Below, one piece after another: positions 26,001 through 38,000 of a DNA stretch of 64,000 bases; the stretch's first letter is position 1; each line of letters starts with the position of its first letter. The stretch lies in assembly GCA_002633005.1 (NCBI GenBank), contig NMRA01000326.1:62001-126000 (forward strand). The letters are read 5' to 3'. The stretch comes from Phoronis australis. Its lineage: Eukaryota > Animalia > Phoronida. Under the pieces are notes generated by a model. That model saw only the letters and a list, made by a program, of their open reading frames with translations, was not told the origin of the DNA and searched no databases. A program made the translations under genes and the position numbers.

Positions 26001-29000
26001 CACAGTTGTTTGGAACATGTTCTTGAATGGTATCTCCTTCTTATTCAACATGGTGACCAGAGAGAAACAGACGGCACCCCGCAGTCCACCATAAGACTAG
26101 AATGAAATGAACAATTCGTAAGGTAAATGAGATGATACCAAACAGTCCACAATAGGACTAAAATAAAGTGAATAACTTCTAAGGTAAATAAGCAATAGCT
26201 TCCCCACAGTCCACCATAGGACTAGAATGAAATGAACAATTTGTAAAGTAGATGATAGGTGACAACAAACAATATCTGAGTCAGGCAACAGTCACATGCG
26301 GGAGTCCCGCATTTTGGCAACCAATGTAACGCCGTTATTCAGTGGAGAAAACTGGTTCTCAAAATGTAGGATCGTGACAATGCACTGAGCCAAATAGGGC
26401 AGCATTACTCAAATTCCACTTTTTCCCACAAGGCAATGTGCACCTGACAAAAATGTATGTATTCACAAGCTAAAATGTCAAACACGCAAACTCCAGCTCT
26501 TGTGATGAGAAGCATAATTTATTTCCATCTACGCAACATATTGGAGTTTCAAGTTGATAAAACTAAAACCTTACAGTAATGGATATAATAGCAGGACCAC
26601 GTGTAATCATGCTAAAATCTAAAAATCTTACAAAAAGCAAACTCAAGATTTAACAAGAGACTTTTATCTGAAAAAGACAGATGGAAATATACAACTTTAA
26701 AGAACACACTCAATGGATTATCCAAAAATTTCATTAATTTTGTAATGATACATATAGAGTAGTTGCACTCACCATAATAAACTGTTCCTTAGCTGAAATC
26801 TGCCTCAGTCGACTTTGCACATTGTTGATGATGAAAGTGAGGCTGAACACAACTGAAACACACAACAATTTTGAGGGGTCATTAAAATCAATGAAGTTAT
26901 GACCTAGATGAGGCAGAATTGAAACAATGCAATGATAGCCTGCCAGCAAAAACGCAAAAAAGAGCAATGCAAAATGTTGAACTGCAGCCACAACTGCATT
27001 GTGAGCAGCATGCTTAAAGGGGTGTTCATTAACATCATAAAAATGGCCACTAGATGGAGCAAGTACATTGAACTTGTCCAAAAATGGATAAGTGCCATGA
27101 TCGCCTTCCTAAAACAAATTAAATAACTGCATATTAATTTCAAGAAAATCCATCAAGGAACTCCCAAGATGCAGATGCAAACGCAAACTAAATAAAATTG
27201 CCAATAGGAAGCATGGTTCCTCCTGAAAGAAGTCATTGTCTTCAGTCACGTTCACAGGAAAACATTTGACAAATTTCAGAAACATGCTGCAAGGGATTAG
27301 GAAATTAAGCCATGGGTGTGTAAAAACAAATTCCCACCTGAGGGCACCACAGTACTTGGATTCATTCGAAAATCTACATTAGTCATGGTCTTCCGCAAAT
27401 TTTCATATCCATCCTTCAAGTTGTTTGACAGATTCAGAGCTGGACTCCAAAGGCAGACACCCATTCAAGTATTAAAAATAGGCACCAGGAGGCACAGAGT
27501 ATGTCCTTTGCTGAACTGCAAACCATTTACTAAATTTACAAAATCTGCAATAAGGAAGTTTGAAAGTACACGTAAAAATAAATTTGTCACTTGGGGGCAC
27601 AATAATAGAAAAACATTAATTTGGCCAAATTTCATAAAGACTATGCCAGGGTTCAAGAGATACAGCTAGGGCTTGCTTAAGTTGTTGGATCTGCCCGAAA
27701 ATTGACATCAGCAGGGGTCTTCTCAGCAGGGACACAAATGATGATTTTTAATGCTCCTTTGAATGTTTGGCAGACAAAGAGGCAGATGCCAAACAGACAA
27801 GCATATTACAAAAATGACCACCAAAAGCACACAATAAGGCAAAACTGTCTCCTCAACACAACCTTGTCGAATTTCATGAAAATCCAACAAGGGACTCCGA
27901 AGATACAGTGGCAAATGTGAAATACTAATTTGAAACAAGAAGACACAGAGGTACTCTGATACGTGCAAAAGTCATTGCCATTTGTCGTCATCTCCATAAA
28001 AACACATTTGCCAACTTTCATGATGATCCTGAAACAGTCTAGGAGATACAGAGATGACAGCAATGTGCAACCACACATGTGTATGTGGGACATAATAAAA
28101 TGCAAGGCTAAATTAGGATTTAAGGTTATGTAGGACAAATACTGGCTCATTTAAGGTTACGTAGGACAAATACTGGCTCATTTAAGGTTATGTAGGACAA
28201 ATACTGGCTCATTTAAGGTTATGTAGGACCTCAACGACAAGTCTGTACATTTAACAAAATATCTTGAAAGGTATACAGTATACATTTTCCGAAAATAGAA
28301 AAGATGCGAAATTTGATTTTTGACTTTTTAGCTGTTATTAATTGGGTCCCGTGACCATGTCTTTTTAGTAAAAGTCAGCAAAAAAGAAACTTAAGGTACA
28401 ATGATAGCAAAACAATGGTATCAATAACACAATGAAATTTTATATGATATAAATGATTAAGGTGAGATATCAAAAACGCTATCACAGTTTTCCAAAATAT
28501 TATTTCGTTGTCGTTTTATCAACTTGAAAGTTTTTTTTAATGAAAATCAAAAAAGTTCTAATTTTATGATAGCTCCTCATGCAAAGTGGAAGAACAAAGT
28601 CCAAACAGCATTTTTGAAAATAGTGCATAAAGCAAAATGATTGTATCTGAAAGTAATATTATGAATCCAATCAGTCGTCTGAGATGGGATTTATGAAGTT
28701 TGCCAACTTTGGTTAGGGTCCTACATAATCTTAATGACAACTTATTTCAGTGTAACATACCCAAAAATCGAATGACGAGACATAAAAACAGTGTCCAGAA
28801 GACAAAGCCTGAATGCCACTCATGGTCTTGGCGTACTAAGGCAAACCCCAGAAAGAGAAAGATGATGCTATCACAGGTGGCGCTGCAAGATAAATGAAAT
28901 AGAATTACCAGCAGACAACTACATCTAACCATTACCCAACTGAGTGATAAAGAAAGCAGATTCCAGCTGGACACACAAGAGGGAGCACAAAACAACACAA

Positions 29001-32000
29001 AATAACACATAAGGAGAATTGAAACAAGTTTACATTTTGGGATCACAATATATTCACGATACTTGTGCAACACTGACTCAACAAATTTGGAATTCCTGCC
29101 ACTTTATTGTTGCAATTTCAACTTTCTCCCAACAGTCATGATTACAGATGTGACTATTAGTCAGTACAATCTGATCTGTTATTTATGTAATTTTATTCGC
29201 AAACAAAGTGAAAATGAGGATACTATGCTAGAAAGTGTTCACAATGATCGAGTCATTAGACAAGGTCCTCAGCACTAAACATGACAACTATTGTATTCAG
29301 TTAGGCACATCCAATCTTTTATTTCATCTCTTCCCACCAGAAAACAAAACCGAGAGAATGATCACACAAGACGATGGAGGATCCTAGACCTAGGCTGTAG
29401 CTATAGACTATTCTGACAACTAACAATGAATACAGTCATGAAGATTCCTTAGTCAACTTTAGCCAAGTGCTCTTAAGTGTCTAGTAGAGTGCTTGTCTTT
29501 TTATTTTTCATTTTGTTTTTCATTCATTCATTCAAATGATATAGAGTACGCAATACAACCAACATTTTTGTTGTTACCATACTTTTCCTTATAAAAATTG
29601 GTATTTATCAATTTCATTGAATCTTCTGAGACCAGCGTTTTTCACACACCTAACACTTATCACTCATTTCAGAACTACAATTATGTCAAAGAAACATGTC
29701 TATTACAAATTTACTATATCTTGGGTTCTAATGGAAAACTTTTATTAGCAGTTTTACACTTTCCAATGTCCCACTTTTTGATCCCCTCTGAACGAACTTA
29801 CCTCATCATTTTAGTGAAGTACTTGACAGTGGTCAGTGATTTGTTGGACAGGTTGTGAAAGGCATACTGAGCCTGCACTAAACCACAGAATATTATGCTG
29901 TAAAGTGAAGGACAGTTAATGCGCTACTTCAAATAAAGATGGCAGTGTGGACTGCGACATATCATACAACTGTTCTACATCACACAGTACCTTGGGCAAA
30001 AGAAATGCTGGTAAGGAAATTCTGGTAATTTTTCAAACTCAATGGTCAGCATGCTACAATGAGATTTAAATATAACATACTGATTGATTGATTGCTTCAA
30101 TTTGTTTTGTCAACAGAGAATAACAAATGTATATTAAGCAAAGTAAAAGAAATAGAATACAACATCATAATGTCCAAAAACTATGCTAACGAGGATAACA
30201 CAGGAAAGTTTAAAAATCTAAAGACATCATTTGTACGAGTGGGAGCCCAAGGATAAGTGTGCTTTAAAAAGTGAGAACCATGAGAAAGACTAATTGATAT
30301 CTTTTTGTTGGTAGTGGACCTTAGCAATGCATTTTGTATCTTCAAGTCAAGAACAGCCAACAACCTGCAAGTGACTCACTCACCTTATAATCCCAGAGAA
30401 ATGAAACATCTCCGCCACAAGATACGACAGATAGGCCAGTGAAAACACAGCGAGGGGTTCAACAACTGAAACGTTAGAAGCAATTATAATAAGACTTACT
30501 TGGGTATGTCATAAAGACACTGTTCCAGTGATCACAGAAATGTTTTATTATGTAGGATCCAAAATGACAAAACAGTAATTCAGTATATGGCACATGTCTT
30601 CCCCGGGTTGAAGATATTGGAGTCTGTGTGTTTGCCAAAAACCTGTGTTGAATGAGCAGCTCACAGGAGTGCACCACATGCTGGCTCTGTTTTCAAAGTA
30701 TGTGTATATTTCCGCAGTATTTGCTTACCATCTGTGTGGGTCACGTCCCTTTGTCACATATTCATGTAACCCTGGTCATTTTATTTATTCCTGATCACGA
30801 GACAAGAAGTCGCAATGCTGTCATTTTAATTACTAGTTTTCTTATGTCTCTTGGCCATCTAAATTTGTGCTGCAACGGATCGTTGAATATACAGTCACGG
30901 AGCTTGAGAGAATATCATTGAAACTTGCTGTGTGTCAAACGAAATTTGTTTAGAGGAGGAGCTAATGCCAAATTATTCCAACTAAACACAGAGAAATTTT
31001 CACATTCAGTACACTCGTTTGTAAAACATAGGAGACGTTGTTATGTGTGAGCAGGCCATGGGTTCATTTTGCTTGGTGATGGAATTCATCACATATAGTC
31101 AGCTTGAAGTATGTTACTGACTGGCAATCTTATTCAACCTTGGACGAAATGGTTACCCAAAGATAAGGCTTTTTAGCCTGGTATTCCATGTTGAAAAAGG
31201 TGGCCGACCCAACAAGCTTATTCAAGATTTTTGACAAGCCTGGTTTACCTTACTCATATGTCATCTAATCGAGCAATGGTTAGTAAAAGAGCAAGGAAGA
31301 TGCAATACAATCAACAAAATACAAGATCCCTCAAGACATGGCAAGATGTTGATAGCCATGCATTACAAGTGAAGTCTATGGATTTTACTGCATTACTCAT
31401 GAGAATCTTGCACCTAAAGAACTCAGGCTAGGGTACAAACCTCTGACATGCTTGGTTAACTTTGTAAAGAAAGAAGTGACAACTCCAAACAACAAGCCAA
31501 TCGCTGTACCACATAGGCTGACTGACAAGAACTGTAGGAAACCAAGCGCAATCTGAAATCAAATATGATAGTAACAGTGAACAGCAGACAATCTTTTATA
31601 GAAACATGTTGCTTTGTAAATTAAAGAGAATCACAGGAAATTATGTTCAGATAACATATTTCAAAACAATGTGTAGAGTAAAGAACTCCTTCAAAATAAT
31701 GTAAAAACTGTTCTTACTTAAAACATAAAACCATAAAATCAATTGAAAAATGAATTAATTGAATGAGTATGGTGTTTTCTCTAATAGTTCGAACACTCTT
31801 ACTGTTAGTTCGTAAGTTTGTACATGGCCCTTGAAACATGGCATTTGTCTCTAATAGTTCGCACAGTAGAAGTCCGAGGGAAAAAAGTTTGTACACATAA
31901 TTCGTACATGCTTTTTGAATAGGTTACATGGAAATTTGTATTCTTATAAAAGAACACAAATCAATAAGGGCAAATTCTATTTGGGTATCATATTCGCCCT

Positions 32001-35000
32001 AATGAGCGTCCAGACACTCACATAGAAAAACTCATTTTAGAGGGTGCATTAATGCAACCTAAGGCGGTTGAAACCCGGTCCCAAGAATGGGAGAAATTGG
32101 AAGCTAGCAATCATCCGATTTACGCTGTGTCACGTATCTCTAACCTATGACAGACTTTCTACAAAATTGTGGTGCATTGCTATCAAACTTCATTAATAAA
32201 TAAGATCGCTTTATAGAAAGCTTTGCTGAAATCCCAGGGCGAAAACTCCCTGATGCGTCACTGCCTCGCGATCGTCGATATAGCAAATCGAATAAGAAAA
32301 TAATTTTGACTTAACAAATTACCTGAAATCCTGACTTAAGTTTTCCAAATAGCGTCCCTAAGATTTTTAACTTCCTTTGGAGTGGGGATTAACAGCAGGT
32401 CCAAATCGTGTAAAATTGTACCCCGTAACACGAGAAAAAACTCTAGACAAACAAACCCATGTTGTTGTCATGTGACATTTGTTTTGAAGGTCGTCTGCGT
32501 GTGTGTGAGCGAGCGCGTGTCATCAGTGTTCATTTGCCAGAAATTAACATATTAAGCAGTACAGCACAACGTGTTTTACTATTAAAACGATTGAGGTTGT
32601 CTCGGTGAGGCCGAACATACTAACGTTATTAGTCTTGGCCATGTGACTAGATAGGTGACAGTCTGACAGTTAATGTTTCGGGAAATTCGGGTGTAAATTT
32701 GCGGAGGTGTTCACTATCAGTGGATCATTTTATCAGATGATTGACTTTAAAAATATCAATTATGATTAATTAAACAATTCCTCTTAAAAAACACAAAAGT
32801 TTTTACAATATTAGAACCTTTTGGAAAGTTGTTCCAATATTTATTTCTTGCTGATGGTATGCTACCCATTGTTTCATGAATAGATCTTTCCCGAAGACTA
32901 ATGTCAGCCATGACAGGTATGTAGCAAGCGCTTCCTGGCCATGTGTTTTGTTAAAATACCAAATTTTTTATTCGTGAGCAATTGTCAGCTGGTTGGCACA
33001 CTTCGATTCGCAGTCTTCATGTGTACTAAGAAATTTGGAATCCTGTTGAGATTAATAAAAAAATAACGCAAAAACGTTTTTGTACATGAAAATTCAATCT
33101 TGATGACGAGTACACTGTGTCTGTTCTGAAAGACCAGACCACAGTAGTGGGACACGTACCTTGTGAGATCAGCAAGTTGAAGTGTGTAGTCACTGCTAAA
33201 TACTGACACAGTGGCTGTCTTCACAATGATGTTTTCAGGACTGCTTGATCTTGTTGATCAATTGCACGTGTTACTGTAGAATTTTAGGACTGTAGGTAAC
33301 TCATTTTTGCATGCACTCGTTCAGCGGCTGCGTGCTTATTTCAGCGAAATCTGAATATGCATGGGAGGCGCTTATTAGGGCAAATACGATAATCTGAATC
33401 GGTAGTTTGCTATGCTACGCTAGTATAGAGCTTGAAAAGTTGATTCTCAAATCACCATTTTTGGCAACAACAAATGTGGGAATAAAGATTTTCCCATGTG
33501 TCGACAAATGGCAGTAAAAATGTCATAACAGCCGATTTCCCAACCATATATCAATAAAGCATAAAAATATTTCCAGGTGATCAGTGCAATGAGCCCACAT
33601 GCGAGGCCTGCGCACGTCTGATACAACGTGTATCAGACCACCTGCAATTATTTTTTTTTGATTTCCCAACAAAGGCTCAGTTGCCCTCAGATAAGACCTT
33701 CACGAATAAATTAACAAATTTGCAGAGTAATAGTACCGCGCGGTCCTGCAGTCTTGTTATAACTGACTGTACTGCTCAGACGACCAGTGACCATGCAGAG
33801 CTCCACTTGGACTGCAACTATTCTCACGTAGCAACACAAGTGCAGAGTGCACGCGTGCAAGCTTCACTTGTTGCAGAGGTTACATCATAAATTAAACAGT
33901 CCCGTGACATGAATAGAACTGCGAGCGTATCAGCTGTCAAGTTCTGAGCCAGAGAGCAATTAATTCGTAGCTTGATGATATAAATGTTTGAAAAACTAAT
34001 TCAGGTGTTTTTTGTGTTTGGGAATGGTTATGTTCGAGACTCTGTGACCCAATGAATTGTCAACGCAAGATTTAGTGTGGTTGTCTTCACTTTCGAATGC
34101 TCGGCGGCACTCACTTGCCACTGCATGCCACACAACGCAATGAAGATAAGGATTGGAGGTAAGCGGACATGAGGCAGATGTCAATCAAAAGTTACTGCAA
34201 AGGCATTTACTCAACAACAAGTATTTGCCTGATACTTTATGCAATGACTTTGACTGGGGAATGAGTCTAGAGAACCCATACAGTGGGGTTCCTAAGGAAA
34301 AAATACTGTGTACATTAGGTTGCCGAGAGAAATAGTTCGAACACTATCAGTCAGTTAAATAACTTGTAGACAAAGAGCCAATTATTCGGGTAATCAGCAC
34401 CCACAGTTTGCTATACAATTAAATTAGTAATGAAGTCTAGTAATGCGTACATACAGACAGTACGCAAAAGTTCGGAGTTGGTTGTAATCAACCAGGACAC
34501 AGTGGTCGACATAAAGAGCTGCAGATCACATTTGTGACCTGAAATTTGGTCATCTCGTATCAAGTCGCAACAACGAACAAATTTACAAACTTTGTGCTGA
34601 AAAACATTTATTTTTCATGTAAGATGTCCTGATTAGCCCATTACAATAATATCCCCGACAATACCGCACTGCGGAACTGGTCAGTCCCGCTGTTTGCATG
34701 CAATCTCCCGGCAGACCAAGCCAGTTTAATTGACAATGAGCAAAAAACAAAAATTGACTTGCATTTTTATTACTTCAAGATCACACAAACATCCAGAGAC
34801 GTATTGTCAACTTTTAAATTCCAAAATCAAGAGGCAGCAGATTAACCCATTGAGGCACACTGTCCCTTCGATTTCCACACATCCTCGGCAAACCAGCAAT
34901 AATACATTTCCAGAAAAGTCGAAGTCGTGGGAATTTCATCAAAATAGGGAGAATTTGACACCTTTTTATGAGGTAAGAGACTTCTTCAAAATCCGAGAAC

Positions 35001-38000
35001 TTCCAACTTAAATCAAATAGGGAGGGTTAGCAAAACCACCGCCACATTTCTCTGGCCTGATTTTTTTTAACACGTTTCTTCTAGTGCAGTGCAGTTGGAA
35101 ACAAAGTGTGGCATACAGCATCGCTGAAAGCAACTCAGGTACTGAAGCCGAGATGGATCTTGAAGTTTGCGAACATGGGAAGAAAATAAAGTCACAAAGC
35201 GTTCACAGGCAAATATTATATTTTGAAGTAAATCCATCACCCGGGAAAATAATTCACATTGCCAAACCACCGTCTCGGAGGCTGTCGTTGCACTCATTGT
35301 TATCAGCAATCTTTATCTCTAATAATTTGAACACTTGACTTTCTGTTCTAATAGTTCGTACGACCAGTTTTGTCTCTATTAATCCGGACATGAAGCTCTC
35401 AAGTGAAAATAGTTCGTACACTAGTGTACACACTATTAGCGAAAACACCGAAATCTCAACTTATCCAACACAATTTCATATTTCACATTTTTATGCAAAC
35501 AGCTAAACCTTACCAGTCGGTAAAAGTCAGACTATGACTGTAAAAACTAACACATTATAATAACAAGGCAAACACCTACTAAGCAAATACATGATTTTAA
35601 GGTGCAATATGACAAGGTGGGTGGCAATACACAAGTACAGTGGGTGGCAATACACAAGTAGGGTGGGTGGCAATACACAAGTAGGGTGGGTGGCAATACA
35701 CAAGTAGGGTGGGTGGCAATACACAAGTACGGTGGGTGGCAATACACAAGTACCATGGATGTACATACCTGATCTCCACTAATCACAGACATTTTGTTGA
35801 AACTGATCATCATGTTATAAAGCACAACAGTAACAGCATCTGAAAGACGGACACTATTTTAAGTTAAATGCATTGTGACATTTCAGTTAACAGTCAGAGT
35901 CTACATAGCACACTGTGCTGGGAAACTACTTCACCAGACCCCACACTTCATGGAGTTGGATCTAACTTTAAACCATGGAAGTCGCCAGGACTAGACATAT
36001 CCTGTAATGCTGCAGGAGGCTGGGATACCATTATTCCATGTACTTACAGCAACCAACAAAGCCAGTCTTAGACTAGTTGTATCCCCAAGACTTGGACTGA
36101 AGCTAGAGTAGTCTTCATTCCTAAACCAGGGAAGAACTCGTACCATTTAGCTGAATCATTTAGTCCTATAACCTCAACTTCCTTCTCAAAGGACTGGCAT
36201 GAACAAGGTAAACAGAACAAACTTCGGAACCAGTATGCTTATAGACCAGGTTTCTCTATGGAGACCTCTCTATGGAACCTCTCTATGGAACCTCTCTACG
36301 GAGACCTCTTTACGGAGACCACTCTACAGAGACCTCTCTACGGAGACCACTCATCTGGTTGGTAGAATGGAAAGGGTGGTTTTTAATAAACAATTTGCCC
36401 TCTGCGCCTTCACTGACCTTGTTGGAGCTTTCAGCAATATTAAGCATGATGCGATCCGAGTAGCACTAAACCATTTTAAAGTGAACAGGTGTCTTACCAG
36501 GTGGATCATTAACATGCTCGGAAGTCAATCTGTGACTGCTTGTCAACATGGTTATGGATGGTCTACTTCGATAATTATCGGCTGACATGGGTCCTAACTT
36601 GTATGTTCTAGCCTATGAAAATGATATTGTTCTCGGAGTGTATAGTATCTATCCTGACTCGTCGTTAGTGAGCTCAAAGAGCACTAAATACAGCAGCCAC
36701 AAGGACTTAGTCAGTTGGCTTAGAAATTGTGGTAGCAAAACAAAGGTGAATAATACGTTCACCTGGGACCTTAAATGGTCAGTGGAGCCTTTAACGCCAA
36801 ATGGTAAACATCTTGATCTTGCAGACAATACCTAGGTATCATTTTACACCATCGTTTTTCCTGGACCCCGTATATTACAGAAAAAATCTCGAAAGCAAAA
36901 ACTGCACTAGTGAGATGCAGTTGTGCGGTGGGTAAAATTTGGGGAATATCTCCCAAGAATATGTTCTAGATTTACACTGCTGTTATCCGACCTATAATGT
37001 CCTATGCTGCGTCAGTATTGGTAACGGGGTTAAAACAGATTACAATTATCAACAAACTTAATCAGCTGCAACGTCTAACTTGAATGTTTTTTCCAGGAAT
37101 GCCTTCTGCAACCCTAGAAAGGCTAATCGGTCTACCACCACTGCAACGCTTCATCTCAGATATAATGGTCAGTGGCAGAAAACTCACATCCCTAATTCAG
37201 CAGCACACAAAAGCCACAGGAATGTGTGCAATAAGCTAATGGCCAAATCTGGGCAACTATGGAACATGCCTAGTGCTGTCCAGATCACAGATTTTTCAAA
37301 AAAACAATTTCTTTACAGAGATTTCTGATGGATGGCCTAACCCAGAACACAACAATGAGGTGATTTGTTATACGGATGGCTCTAAACTCAGGAAAATGGC
37401 CACGCAGGTGCTGGAATTTTTTTTCCAAGCCTTCCTGTGGCAGACGCAAAAAGCTGCGTATTGCTAGGCAATCTTGCCACGGTGTTCCAGGCCGAGATCA
37501 CTGCAATTAATAGAGCTGCTCAACTGGCACGGCAGTACAATACGAAGCTGGGCAATCAACCAATTACCATCTTTTCAGATAGCCAAGCAGCAATAAAAGC
37601 CCTAAAGAAACCAAGGGTCAACTCTTGTTGCATTAATGCTTGCATCGGAGGTTAACAAGCTTGCAATTGGAAGAACCGTCAATGTACACTAGGTCAGGGC
37701 CCATGTGGGAATTGACGGCAATGAGAATGCAGACAGCCTCACAAAGATGGGAACCAGCGTTCTGCAATGTATACCCCAACCTGCTATCCCGGTATCCTAT
37801 GGATGCTGCAGGATGAGCGTACACAGCTGAGTACATACCCAGTCAGCAGCCCAGTGGGCATCACTTAACTCCTGCAGAGAGACCAATGAGAATTTTCTCA
37901 ACGTGATCAGACCAAAAGGTTCAAAAAACCTTCCGAGTCCTGATAGATTGGGCATAAGACATGTCATTCAAATTTTGTCAGGGCACTGTAACCTAACCCA

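Noticed and set aside
33574-33650. Hammerhead ribozyme or SECIS in the three-way junction
   Set aside because: No CUGAUGA/GAAA core and no SECIS quartet geometry.
34455-34540. tttcag...gtatgt exon-like segment
   Set aside because: Stop codon in the required frame; the expected exon is at 31441-31552.
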